A stretch of DNA of 54,090 bases from Candidatus Moraniibacteriota bacterium (GTDB lineage Bacteria > Patescibacteriota > Minisyncoccia > Moranbacterales > UBA11712), in assembly GCA_028716005.1 (NCBI GenBank), contig JAQUQQ010000002.1:1-54090 (forward strand), given 5' to 3'. A program made the position numbers and the translations under genes. Below, one piece after another: positions 36,946 through 45,612 of this stretch. Every line of letters begins with the position of its first letter. The first letter of the stretch is position 1. Below the pieces are notes generated by a model that searched no databases, was not told where the DNA came from, and saw nothing but the letters and a program-made list of their open reading frames with translations.

Positions 36946-38352
36946 CTAATACCTGTAAAAATCCGGCTTGTATGGCCCGCTTTCGGGAATACCGAGATAT
37001 TTGGCCTGCTCTTTGGTGAGTTTCGTGAGGCGCACTCCCAGTTTTTCGAGATGGAGCCGGGCCACTTCTTCGTCGAGCTCTTTGGGAAGAACATGGACGC
37101 CGATTTCGTATTTTTTCGTCCAAAGTTCGATTTGAGCCAGAACCTGGTTTGAAAAACTCGAGCTCATCACAAAGCTCGGGTGTCCCGTCGCGCAACCGAG
37201 GTTCATGAGCCGCCCTTCGGCGAGAATATATATTTCATGTCCGCCGGGAAAAACATACTTGTCCACCTGCGGTTTGATGTTCATTTTTTTCACTCCCTTC
37301 GCGCTGTCGAGCTTTTCCATTTCGATTTCATTGTCAAAATGTCCGATGTTCGCGACAATTGCCTGGTCCTTCATTTTTTTCATGTGGCCAAGCGTGATGA
37401 CATGCCGGTTTCCCGTCGCGGTGATATAGACGTCAGCTTTCCCGAGCGTATCTTCCACCGTCGCCACTTCATAGCCCTCCATCGCAGCTTGGAGCGCGCA
37501 AATTGGATCAATTTCCGTGACGATTACTCTGGCTCCCTGTCCGCGAAGGGCCTGGGCGCAACCTTTCCCGACCTCGCCGTATCCGCAAACAACCGCCGTC
37601 TTTCCGCCAAGCATCACATCGAGCGCCCGGTTGAGACCGTCCACCACCGAATGCCGGCAGCCATAGATATTGTCGAACTTGCTTTTCGTCACCGAGTCAT
37701 TCACGTTGATGGCCGGAAAAAGAAGTTCGCCTCTTTCAAAGCGCTGATAGAGACGATGCACTCCCGTGGTTGTTTCTTCGGAAACACCTGCGACATTTTG
37801 CGCTGTTTTGTGCCAACGATTCGCGTCTTTGGAATATTCCTTTTTGAGCACTTTCATGAGCTCCTGAAAATCCTGCTCTGAAGAAGTATAATCTTTTTTG
37901 AGAAGCGCGGGATTGTTCTCAATTTCCGTCCCGAGATGAATCATGAGAGTCGCGTCGCCTCCGTCGTCGACAATGAGATCCGGACCCTTGCCGTCCCCGA
38001 AATCAAGTGCTTTTTCCGTGCACCACCAGTATTCTTCGAGTGTTTCTCCTTTCCAGGCAAATACCGGGATGCCCGCCTTCGCAATCGCCGCCGCCGCGTG
38101 GTCTTGCGTTGAAAAAATATTGCAGCTCGCCCAGCGGACTTTTGCCCCGAGAGCCACCAGCGTTTCAATCAAAACCGCCGTTTGGATCGTCATATGGAGC
38201 GACCCCGTTATTTTAGCATCCCTAAGCGGTTTTTCGGCAGAGTATTTTTTCCGAATCGCCATCAGCCCCACCATTTCTTCTTCGGCTATTTTGATTTCTT
38301 TCCTGCCCCATTCGGCGAGTTTCATATCCGCGACTTTGTAGTCTTTTCCCAT
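36946..38352 (-). CDS. ahcY: Adenosylhomocysteinase
   Basis: 468 aa. Full-length match to the AhcY pattern (MPGLMA-like [24 protein letters not shown]). Confidence 0.95.
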   Translation of the reverse strand: MGKDYKVADMKLAEWGRKEIKIAEEEMVGLMAIRKKYSAEKPLRDAKITGSLHMTIQTAVLIETLVALGAKVRWASCNIFSTQDHAAAAIAKAGIPVFAWKGETLEEYWWCTEKALDFGDGKGPDLIVDDGGDATLMIHLGTEIENNPALLKKDYTSSEQDFQELMKVLKKEYSKDANRWHKTAQNVAGVSEETTTGVHRLYQRFERGELLFPAINVNDSVTKSKFDNIYGCRHSVVDGLNRALDVMLGGKTAVVCGYGEVGKGCAQALRGQGARVIVTEIDPICALQAAMEGYEVATVEDTLGKADVYITATGNRHVITLGHMKKMKDQAIVANIGHFDNEIEMEKLDSAKGVKKMNIKPQVDKYVFPGGHEIYILAEGRLMNLGCATGHPSFVMSSSFSNQVLAQIELWTKKYEIGVHVLPKELDEEVARLHLEKLGVRLTKLTKEQAKYLGIPESGPYKPDFYRY

Positions 38353-38353
38353 A

Positions 38354-38409
38354 AAATTTAGAAATTGAATAATTTAATAATTATTTGAAAATTAAAAATT
38401 TAGAAATTG
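38354..38409. repeat. AT-only heptad array, 8 units
   Basis: aaattta gaaattg aataatt taataat tatttga aaattaa aaattta gaaattg; starts 2 nt upstream of the ahcY ATG. Confidence 0.65.
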
Positions 38410-38440
38410 CCACCCTAACGGGTGGTCCCCCGCAGGGGGA
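38410..38440. repeat. Twin GC hairpin element (variant)
   Basis: ccaccc-taac-gggtgg then tccccc-gca-ggggga; lies just after the PfkB kinase gene stop and may act as its terminator. Confidence 0.7.
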
Positions 38441-38448
38441 AAATTATA

Positions 38449-39393
38449 TCAAAGTCGAGCATCTTCTCTGTACGAAGCTTGATATCTTTTTTTAAACTCT
38501 GTAAGCGAAAAATGATGTTCCTGCGTCCCATATTTCTCAATCGCGTAGCTCGCCGCGACGCTCCCGAGCCGTCCACACATTCGAAGATTATATCCCTTAT
38601 CCAATCCGACCAAAAATCCCGCCCGATACGCGTCTCCCGCCCCGGTCGGGTCTTCGATTTTTTTTGGCCGGCAGGCTTCAACCAAAATTTCCTGCCTGTC
38701 GCGGGTTTCAATTCGCGAACCTCTCTCGCTATACGTCGTCACGAGCGTTTCCGCGCGCTTCAAAATTTCTTTTTTATCCCAGCCTGCTCTTTTCTGAATC
38801 ATTTTTATTTCATAATCATTGCCGACAAGAACGTTCGCCTGGTTTATGGCTTTTCTCAATTCGCTGTCCGTGAATGCCGGAATCTGCTGCCCGGGATCAA
38901 AAATTGTTTTGACGCCAAGACCGGCGCATTGCGACAAGTGTTTCAGCATCACGCTTATTTTGGTCGGGGAAATGATTGCCCAGCGGGGCTTTTCTTCTTT
39001 TTTTCTGAATTTTATCTCCGGCGCGGAGCCGAGAGCGCCGTTATAGAACGCGGTGATCTGGTTGTCGTCGAGATCGGTTGTGATATAGCACGAAGCGGTA
39101 AACAGTTTTTTATCTGTTTCAATTCGATCACCGCTTATTTTGATATGGCTTAGATATTTCAAATACTCTCCGCCGTCTTGTCCGACTGACGAAACAATAA
39201 TCGGACTGCCGCTCAGCAATTTTATATTATACGCGATATTCCCCGCCGTCCCGCCTTTGCTTTTTTCCAATTTGTCGACAGTAAAACAGACATTCAAAAT
39301 ATGGATACTGTCCGGAAGAATATGATTTTTGAACCGGTCCGGAAAGTCCATGATATGGTCATAGACCAAGGAACCGGATACGAGAATTGGCAT
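38449..39393 (-). CDS. PfkB-family carbohydrate/nucleoside kinase (adenosine kinase candidate)
   Basis: ORF 38449-39498 trimmed to the ATG at 39393 (MPILVSGSLVYD), because the extension reads through the tRNA. GGTAGNIAYN, DPTGAGDAYRAGF. Confidence 0.8.
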   Translation of the reverse strand: MPILVSGSLVYDHIMDFPDRFKNHILPDSIHILNVCFTVDKLEKSKGGTAGNIAYNIKLLSGSPIIVSSVGQDGGEYLKYLSHIKISGDRIETDKKLFTASCYITTDLDDNQITAFYNGALGSAPEIKFRKKEEKPRWAIISPTKISVMLKHLSQCAGLGVKTIFDPGQQIPAFTDSELRKAINQANVLVGNDYEIKMIQKRAGWDKKEILKRAETLVTTYSERGSRIETRDRQEILVEACRPKKIEDPTGAGDAYRAGFLVGLDKGYNLRMCGRLGSVAASYAIEKYGTQEHHFSLTEFKKRYQASYREDARL

Positions 39394-39408
39394 ATTGTTA
39401 TTTTTAGT

Positions 39409-39496
39409 TGGCGGAAGGGGAGGGATTCGAACCCTCGATACCTTGCGGTATACCCGCTTTCCAAGCGAGCGCACTCGGCCTCTATGCGACCCTTCC
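39409..39496 (-). tRNA. tRNA-Ser (anticodon GGA), CCA encoded
   Basis: Hand-folded 88 nt. Acceptor GGAAGGG/CCCTTCC, D stem GCA/TGC, anticodon stem CTCGC/GCGGG with loop TTGGAAA, long variable arm TATACCGCAAGGTATC, T arm GAGGG-TTCGAAT-CCCTC, then GCCA. Confidence 0.88.
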
Positions 39497-39789
39497 ATTA
39501 TTTTTTATCAACTGCTCAAACGCATTGCCGCCCTTATACGATTTTATCTTTTTCTCCCTCCTCATCGCTTCCTTTTTATCTGAAAATTTTTCTGTATGCA
39601 CAAGCCTAAACGGACGCCGTTTTCTTGTCGATATATTTCTGCCTTCATTATGAAACTTCAAACGCATTTCGACATTACCTGTGTACCCTATATAATAACG
39701 ACCGTCTTTCTTGCTTTGAATTATATAAACATAGTACATAACTTTCCAACCCCGCCGTGGCGGGGACTCGGCCTCTATGCGACCCTTCC
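39473..39789 (-). mobile_element. GIY-YIG cassette bounded by an exact 24-nt duplication of the tRNA-Ser 5' end
   Basis: actcggcctctatgcgacccttcc occurs at 39473-39496 and 39766-39789. GC hairpin ccccgcc/ggcgggg at 39750-39765. Confidence 0.5.
39482..39739 (-). CDS. GIY-YIG nuclease-family small protein
   Basis: 85 aa. MYYVYIIQSKKDGRYYIGYTGNVEMRLKFHNEG...REKKIKS; its last 15 nt, including the TAG, overlap tRNA positions 1-15. Confidence 0.8.
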   Translation of the reverse strand: MYYVYIIQSKKDGRYYIGYTGNVEMRLKFHNEGRNISTRKRRPFRLVHTEKFSDKKEAMRREKKIKSYKGGNAFEQLIKNNGRVA

Positions 39790-39820
39790 TTGCTCATTTA
39801 GAATAACCCACAAATAAAGC

Positions 39821-39846
39821 AAAATCAAGCCGAAAAGCTTGATTTT
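39821..39846 (-). terminator. Hairpin terminator after ppsA
   Basis: aaaatcaagc-6 nt-gcttgatttt; T-rich tail on the minus strand. Confidence 0.7.
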
Positions 39847-39871
39847 TACAACTCAAAAGTATTTTTCATTG

Positions 39872-42313
39872 CTACCTCTCCATCTTCTCAATCGCAATCA
39901 TTGTCTTGATGACCGTATCCGGGTTGAGGGATATAGAATCAATTTTTTCCTTCACTAAAAATTGAGCAAAATCAACAAAATCCGACGGCGCCTGGCCGCA
40001 AATTCCGACTTTGCGGCGGGCTTTGTGGGCTTTTTCTATAACTTGGCGGATGAGTTCTTTCACGGCTTCATTGCGCTCGTCATAGACATGCGCCACTTTG
40101 GCGCTGTCCCGATCCACTCCAAGAGTGAGTTGCGTGAGATCGTTCGAACCGATGGAAAATCCGTCAAAAATTTTTGAAAATTCCGCGGCGAGAATCACGT
40201 TCGAAGGAATTTCACACATAACGTTAACCTGAAGACCTCCTTCTCCGCGCTTGAGTCCATATTTTTCCATTTCAGCGAGAACTTTTTTTCCTTCCTCGAC
40301 CGTCCGGCAAAATGGAATCATGGCTTTCATGTTCGTGAGTCCCATCACATCGCGCACTTTCTTGAAAGCCAGGCACTCGAGGCGAAATCCTTCTTTATAA
40401 TCTTCGTCATAGTATCTCGACGCCCCCCGCCAGCCAATCATTGGGTTTTCTTCAGCCGGTTCGAAACTCTTTCCGCCAATCAAGGTCGCGTATTCATTCG
40501 TTTTGAAGTCCGACATCCGAACAATCACGTCTTTCGGCCAAAAAGCGGCGCAAATCCGCCCGATTCCCTCGGCCAATTTCTCCACAAAAAAATCTTCTTT
40601 GTTTTTATAGCCCTGCGTGAGTTCGTTGATTTTCTTTTTTTCCTCTTTTTCTTTCACTTTCTCGAAATGGATGAGAGCCATCGGGTGGATTTTGATATAT
40701 TCCGTGATGATGAATTCTTCTCGGGCGAGGCCAACACCATCGTTTGGTATAAAACTCAAGTCAAAAGACTGATCGGGATTGCCGACATTCATCATAATCT
40801 TCGTCTTCGATTTTTTGATATTTTTGAGGTTGGTTGTTTTTATCTCAAATTTGAGAAGGCCGTCATAGACATGCCCCTCTTCCCCCTCGGCGCAGCAGAC
40901 TGTCACCGGCTTTGTGTCTTTCACGGCGCTGGTCGCGTTTCCGGCTCCGACAATGCAGGGAATTCCAAGCTCGCGCGAAACAATCGCCGCGTGGGATGTC
41001 CGACCGCCGGAATTCGTGACAATGGCCGAAGCAATTTTCATGATTGGCTCCCAGTCCGGATCAGTCATTTCCGTCACCAGGACTTCGCCTTTTTTGAAAT
41101 CCGCGATTTTAGCCACGTCTTTGATCACATTGGCTTTCCCTTGACCGATTTTTCCTCCCACTGCCGCGCCAGTGCACAAAATTTTGCTTTTTGATTTCAA
41201 AATATATTCTTCAAGGACATTCTTTTCTTTTTGCGACTGCACGGTTTCGGGACGGGCCTGGACGATATAGAGTTTTCCGTCTCGGCCGTCTTTGGCCCAT
41301 TCGATGTCCATCGGCTTTTTGTAGTGCTCCTCAATGATGAGCCCCCACTTGGCCAGTTCCAGCGCTTCTTCATCCGTGAGACAGAATTTTTTTTGGTCTT
41401 CCTGCGAAACCGCCACGTTTTGAGTTGAAGCCCCGCCCCCGACGGAATAAACCAGTTTCGTTTCCTTGCTCCCCAGCTTTTTCCCGACAATTGATTTGAA
41501 TCCCTTTCGAAGAGTCGGCTTGTGAACGATGAATTCATCCGGATTAACCTTGCCCTTCACGATATTTTCTCCAAGACCCCAGGAGCCGTTCAGGATAATC
41601 GCGTCCGAAAATCCCGATTCAGTGTCGATCGTGAACATCACCCCGCTTGAAGCCTCGTCGGAGCGCACCATTTTTTGCACTCCTACCGAAAGAGCGATTT
41701 TGAGATGGTCGAAACCCTTATCCACGCGATAGGATATGGCCCGATCGGTGAAAAGTGAAGCAAAACATTTCTTGATCGACTCAAGAATTTGATATTCTCC
41801 GGTGATGTTGAGATAAGATTCCTGCTGACCGGCGAAAGACGCGTCCGCAAGATCCTCGGCGGTCGCGCTGGATCGCACCGCGACGTCCACTCCGCCGGCG
41901 AAATGATTGGTATGATCTTTTTTGTCCCAGCTTATTTTGAAACTGCGGTGCGGATTATATTCACGGGAAAGTTTCGAGTATGATTCAACGATTGAATTTC
42001 GAAGGTCGAAAGGAAATTCCGCCGAAAGAATAGCCTGGCGCACTTTGTATCCTCGTTCGGCGAGATTTCGCATATTTCCCGTATCAAGGCCCTTCAGAAT
42101 TTTTTTGATTTCCGCGTCCAGATTATTCTGGCGCAAAAAATAGCGGTAAGCTTCGGAGGTTATGGAAAAACCATCAGGAATTCTGATTCCATACTTGCGA
42201 AGATTCCGATGCATTTCCCCAAGCGAGGCGTTTTTCCCGCCGACAAGTTCGATATCTTTTATTCCGGTTTCACGAAACCAGAGAATGTATTTTGTTTTTG
42301 TATTGTATATCAT
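39872..42313 (-). CDS. ppsA: Phosphoenolpyruvate synthase (pyruvate, water dikinase)
   Basis: 813 aa. ATP-grasp N-terminus, swivel His GGRTSHAAIVSRELGIPCIVG, C-terminal PEP-utilising TIM barrel. Confidence 0.93.
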   Translation of the reverse strand: MIYNTKTKYILWFRETGIKDIELVGGKNASLGEMHRNLRKYGIRIPDGFSITSEAYRYFLRQNNLDAEIKKILKGLDTGNMRNLAERGYKVRQAILSAEFPFDLRNSIVESYSKLSREYNPHRSFKISWDKKDHTNHFAGGVDVAVRSSATAEDLADASFAGQQESYLNITGEYQILESIKKCFASLFTDRAISYRVDKGFDHLKIALSVGVQKMVRSDEASSGVMFTIDTESGFSDAIILNGSWGLGENIVKGKVNPDEFIVHKPTLRKGFKSIVGKKLGSKETKLVYSVGGGASTQNVAVSQEDQKKFCLTDEEALELAKWGLIIEEHYKKPMDIEWAKDGRDGKLYIVQARPETVQSQKEKNVLEEYILKSKSKILCTGAAVGGKIGQGKANVIKDVAKIADFKKGEVLVTEMTDPDWEPIMKIASAIVTNSGGRTSHAAIVSRELGIPCIVGAGNATSAVKDTKPVTVCCAEGEEGHVYDGLLKFEIKTTNLKNIKKSKTKIMMNVGNPDQSFDLSFIPNDGVGLAREEFIITEYIKIHPMALIHFEKVKEKEEKKKINELTQGYKNKEDFFVEKLAEGIGRICAAFWPKDVIVRMSDFKTNEYATLIGGKSFEPAEENPMIGWRGASRYYDEDYKEGFRLECLAFKKVRDVMGLTNMKAMIPFCRTVEEGKKVLAEMEKYGLKRGEGGLQVNVMCEIPSNVILAAEFSKIFDGFSIGSNDLTQLTLGVDRDSAKVAHVYDERNEAVKELIRQVIEKAHKARRKVGICGQAPSDFVDFAQFLVKEKIDSISLNPDTVIKTMIAIEKMER

Positions 42314-42332
42314 GTATTTTGTATTATGTATT
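42298..42332. repeat. Heptanucleotide array, GTAT family, 5 units
   Basis: ttgtatt gtatatc atgtatt ttgtatt atgtatt; spans the ppsA start (42311-42313) and the TAA of the four-helix-bundle gene (42324-42326). Confidence 0.8.
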
Positions 42333-42698
42333 TTTTATTTTTTTTAATCCGCAGATCAATTTGTGTGCTACAATTGTTTGATTCGCAATTCTACTAAAAT
42401 CTTCTTTTTGCAAATAGCCCACATCCCGTGCAACAGTTAACTGATTCTGAAGTTCAGTCAAAGAGCCTAACGCTATGGCATAAAATTGTAATTTTTCTTT
42501 GATTGTATTCCGGCTAAAACCCTCTGCGATGTTAGAAGTTATAGAAACAACGCAACGCCTCATCTGAATAGTTAATCCGAAAAGTTCTTCTTTAGGAAAA
42601 TTTTTTGTAACTTCATAAACTAAAAGGACGAGTTTATGTCCTTCTCGCCAAGCATTTAAATCTGTGAAAGATTTTATTTTACTTCCCTCCTTAATCAT
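42324..42698 (-). CDS. Four-helix-bundle protein (23S rRNA intervening-sequence protein family, TIGR02436-like)
   Basis: 124 aa. FTDLNAWREGHKLVLLVYEVTKNFPKEELFGLTIQMRRCVVSITSNIAEGFSR...LQFYAIALGSLTELQNQL. Confidence 0.82.
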   Translation of the reverse strand: MIKEGSKIKSFTDLNAWREGHKLVLLVYEVTKNFPKEELFGLTIQMRRCVVSITSNIAEGFSRNTIKEKLQFYAIALGSLTELQNQLTVARDVGYLQKEDFSRIANQTIVAHKLICGLKKIKNT

Positions 42699-42730
42699 AC
42701 ACTATACGCTATACAAAATACACTATACAC
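42696..42730. repeat. Heptanucleotide array, GTAT family (ATAC orientation), 5 units
   Basis: catacac tatacgc tatacaa aatacac tatacac; the first 3 nt are the start codon of the four-helix-bundle gene, and the last nt begins the pyk TAG. Confidence 0.85.
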
Positions 42731-44208
42731 TAAGAAATTTCCTCTACCTTCACCAAACTCATATGCTCTTTTTTCATGTGCGGGCGTCCGGCGACAATCA
42801 CCACTTTGTCTTTTCTTTTCAGCAGCTTGTTTTTTTTGAGAGTGGCGATTGATTTGTCCAGAAGTTCGTCCAAATCCCGGCAATCCGGAAGAACGAAACT
42901 TTCCGCTCCCCAGACCAAGGTGAGCTGATTGTGAGTTTTTTCTCGGTTGGTCATCACGAATAATCTCTCTTCCGACCGGTGCCGGGCAATTACTCGAGCC
43001 GTAAAACCAGAAACGCTGGCGGCAACAATGGCTTTGGCCCCGCTGTCCTTCACGAGTTCGTGGGCTGATTGGGCAATTGCTGACGAAACTGACATTTTTT
43101 CATCGCTCAAAAATCCATGCTCGAGGTCGTCAAAAGGAGACTCCTCTGTTTTTTCAATTATTTTTCTCATCATCCTGACAGCTTCCACCGGATATTTCCC
43201 GCTGGCTGTTTCCCCCGAAAGCATCACGGCGTCCGCGTGATCAATGACCGCGTTTGAAACGTCCGTCACTTCCGCTCGCGTCGGACGAGGATTCCGGATC
43301 ATGGAGTCGAGCATCTGGGTGGCCACAATGGCCGGCTTTCCGGCTCGCAAGGCTTTCGCTACCATTTCCTTTTGAAGAATGGGGAGTTCTTCCTGGGGCA
43401 TTTCAATTCCCAAATCTCCCCGGGCAACCATAATCGCGTCGGAAACTTTGAGGATTTCATTGAAATTTTTGACTGCCTCCCTTCTTTCAATTTTTGCGAC
43501 CACCTGGGGAATCCTTTTTTCGTCGGATATTTTTTTTCTTATCAATTGCTGGAGATCTTTTATTTCTTTCGCGTTCCGGACAAAAGACATGGCCACAAAA
43601 TCCGCGTCTTGAGAAAGAGCAAAATCCAAAACTTCTTTGTCCTGGCTCGTCAGCGCCCCAAGTTTCGCCGAAATTCCCGGAATATTGACTCCTTTCCTCA
43701 TTTTGATGACCCCGTCGTTTTCAGCGCGACAATGCAAACATTTTTTATCTTTTTTGAAAACCGAGAGCTTGATCAGACCGTCTTCAACCAAAATTTCATT
43801 GCCTACTTTGACAAGCTTCGTCACTTCGGGAAGATCAAGAAAAATGTTTTTCTGCCGGCCACTTTTTTTTGCAAATCTGCGGTTTCTGCCAGCTACCAGC
43901 AAAGTTTCACCTTTTTTGACTTTCACTTCCCGGTTCCCGATTGTTCTGATCCTTGGCCCTTGAAGATCGGCCATTATTCCGATTGGCTTTCTGATTTTTC
44001 GGCTCACCTCGCGGATACTCTTGATTGCTCTTTTATGAGACGCGAAATCTCCGTGCGAAAAATTGAGCCGGGCAACATCCATTCCCTCCCTTGCCATCTG
44101 CCGAAGCACTGATTTTTTTTCTGAAGCCGGACCGATGGTGGCAATTATTTTGGTTCTCTTTCCGCCAGAGGCGGATCCGCCTTTGGCGGACATTCCATCA
44201 TTTGTCAT
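42730..44208 (-). CDS. pyk: Pyruvate kinase
   Basis: ORF 42730-44220 (TTG). More likely ATG at 44208 or 44193. KIIATIGPAS, MVARGDLGIE, C-terminal regulatory domain. Confidence 0.9.
   Translation of the reverse strand: MTNDGMSAKGGSASGGKRTKIIATIGPASEKKSVLRQMAREGMDVARLNFSHGDFASHKRAIKSIREVSRKIRKPIGIMADLQGPRIRTIGNREVKVKKGETLLVAGRNRRFAKKSGRQKNIFLDLPEVTKLVKVGNEILVEDGLIKLSVFKKDKKCLHCRAENDGVIKMRKGVNIPGISAKLGALTSQDKEVLDFALSQDADFVAMSFVRNAKEIKDLQQLIRKKISDEKRIPQVVAKIERREAVKNFNEILKVSDAIMVARGDLGIEMPQEELPILQKEMVAKALRAGKPAIVATQMLDSMIRNPRPTRAEVTDVSNAVIDHADAVMLSGETASGKYPVEAVRMMRKIIEKTEESPFDDLEHGFLSDEKMSVSSAIAQSAHELVKDSGAKAIVAASVSGFTARVIARHRSEERLFVMTNREKTHNQLTLVWGAESFVLPDCRDLDELLDKSIATLKKNKLLKRKDKVVIVAGRPHMKKEHMSLVKVEEIS
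44161..44190. repeat. Twin 15-nt hairpin GC element, copy inside the pyk 5' end
   Basis: tccgcc-aga-ggcgga tccgcc-ttt-ggcgga; translated as SAKGGSASGG at the pyk N-terminus. Confidence 0.85.
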
Positions 44209-44261
44209 TCCCACATTCAATCACATATTATAATACATTTTTACTATTCTAGTATAAACCA

Positions 44262-44292
44262 AAACAGACAACTCGAAAAGCGCTGTCTGTTT
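44262..44292 (-). terminator. Hairpin terminator after the DUF4870 gene
   Basis: aaacagaca-13 nt-tgtctgttt; the minus strand continues tggttt. Confidence 0.5.
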
Positions 44293-44301
44293 GGAAAAAT
44301 A

Positions 44302-44315
44302 CTATTGCGCAATAG
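44302..44315. repeat. Perfect 14-nt palindrome
   Basis: ctattgc|gcaatag, 5 nt downstream of the DUF4870 gene stop. Confidence 0.7.
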
Positions 44316-44319
44316 CAAT

Positions 44320-44658
44320 TTAGTTGATCAGCTTGAATCCGCCGATAAGCGGCAATGCTTTCATATCGCCTTTCGCAGCGTTGATTATTCCCATAATCGC
44401 AACCACGATGAGAAATATAGTTCCCAAAGGCAGAAGAATAAACCAGCCAACGAAAGGTATGATACCGCCGACAATATTCACGACAACCGCAGCGAGAAGC
44501 AGATTGAGCTGCTGATTGGCATGAAATTTGGCGAACGGACTGTTTTTGGCGTCAGTCACGAGCGGAATGAAAAACAGGATCGGAATGATGTAGCCCACAA
44601 TTCCCATCGCTTTGTTTTTTTCCACGTCCTGCGGATCTCCTTTTTTTGCCTCTTCCAT
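44320..44658 (-). CDS. DUF4870-like membrane protein
   Basis: 112 aa. NKAMGIVGYIIPILFFIPLVTDAKNSPFAKFHANQQLNLLL. Confidence 0.65.
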   Translation of the reverse strand: MEEAKKGDPQDVEKNKAMGIVGYIIPILFFIPLVTDAKNSPFAKFHANQQLNLLLAAVVVNIVGGIIPFVGWFILLPLGTIFLIVVAIMGIINAAKGDMKALPLIGGFKLIN

Positions 44659-44716
44659 AAATTCACCTCGCTTTCTTTTTTATTTTGTAGAATTAGTTCG
44701 CTGATACAATTATACA

Positions 44717-45607
44717 TCATACATCCATCCCTCGCAAAGCTTTCACTCGCTGGGCAATTGGCGGATGAGTTTGAAATAAGTTCGATATTTTTTTACCTCG
44801 GAAAGGATTGGCGATGAAAAGATGGGCAGTCGCGCGATTGGCGTGGCGCATTGGCGTCGGGTCAGCGGAAATTTTCTCGAGGGCGCTCGCGAGCCCCTCG
44901 GGGTATCTTGTCAGCAGCGCTCCGTCTGCGTCCGCCAAAAATTCGCGCTTCCTTGAAATGGCCAGCTGGACAAGCATAGCCGCGATCGGAGCCAAAATTG
45001 AAAGTATAATCGCCGCGATGAACAATATGAGGCCGAGCTGCCCTCCTTCCCGGTCATTGTCTCGTCCCCCAAACCAGGCCCAGCGGCGAAACCAATCGGC
45101 CATGAGAGCCACAAATCCAACCAGAACCACAATGACCGTCGAGAGGAGGATGTCCCGATTGCCTATATGCGAAAGTTCGTGAGCGATGACGCCTTCCAGC
45201 TCTTTCTTTTCGAGTTTTTCAATTATTCCCGTCGTGAGACAAACAACCGCGTGTTCGGCGTTGCGCCCTGTCGCAAAGGCGTTTGGTGAAGGATCCTGGA
45301 TAATATAAATTTTGGGGACCGGTAATCCGGCGGTTATGCAAAGATTTTCAACAATATGAAAAATTACTTTCGCGTTGTCGTGCGTCACTTCTTTCGCCCC
45401 GCTCATCGCGAGAACAATCTTGTCGCTCCACCAGTATGAGGCGAAGCTCATCAGCGCGCTGAAAACAACCGCCACCACAAGAATGACAGAATTGTTCATC
45501 GCGCCGGCAAAAATATATCCGACACCGATGACAAATATCAAAAAACCCGTGATATATATCCAGGTAAGACGGGTGTTTTTGTCAACTTGATTGTATATAG
45601 TAGCCAT
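44717..45607 (-). CDS. htpX: Zinc metalloprotease HtpX (M48)
   Basis: 296 aa. TM helices; HELSHIGNRD. Confidence 0.9.
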   Translation of the reverse strand: MATIYNQVDKNTRLTWIYITGFLIFVIGVGYIFAGAMNNSVILVVAVVFSALMSFASYWWSDKIVLAMSGAKEVTHDNAKVIFHIVENLCITAGLPVPKIYIIQDPSPNAFATGRNAEHAVVCLTTGIIEKLEKKELEGVIAHELSHIGNRDILLSTVIVVLVGFVALMADWFRRWAWFGGRDNDREGGQLGLILFIAAIILSILAPIAAMLVQLAISRKREFLADADGALLTRYPEGLASALEKISADPTPMRHANRATAHLFIANPFRGKKISNLFQTHPPIAQRVKALRGMDV

Positions 45608-45612
45608 AAAAT

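Larger units (their letters stand above)
42298..42730 (-). mobile_element. Candidate insertion cassette: four-helix-bundle gene flanked by inverted 35-nt heptad arrays
   Basis: The left array is in GTAT orientation and the right array (42696-42730) in ATAC orientation. The cassette sits exactly between the pyk stop and the ppsA start. Confidence 0.4.

Noticed and set aside
39394-39498. N-terminal extension of the PfkB kinase ORF (MEGSHRGRVRSLGK...)
   Set aside because: The extension is the antisense-free read-through of the tRNA-Ser gene. The conserved kinase N-terminus starts at MPILVSGS (ATG at 39393).
42324-42698. The four-helix-bundle protein might be the Avd of a diversity-generating retroelement
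   Set aside because: There is no reverse transcriptase. I could see no template/variable repeat pair with adenine-specific mismatches in the window.
44227-44255. pyk promoter (tataat on the minus strand at 44232-44227)
   Set aside because: I found no acceptable -35 at 16-18 nt spacing. I mention it only as a reason to doubt the TTG start at 44220.
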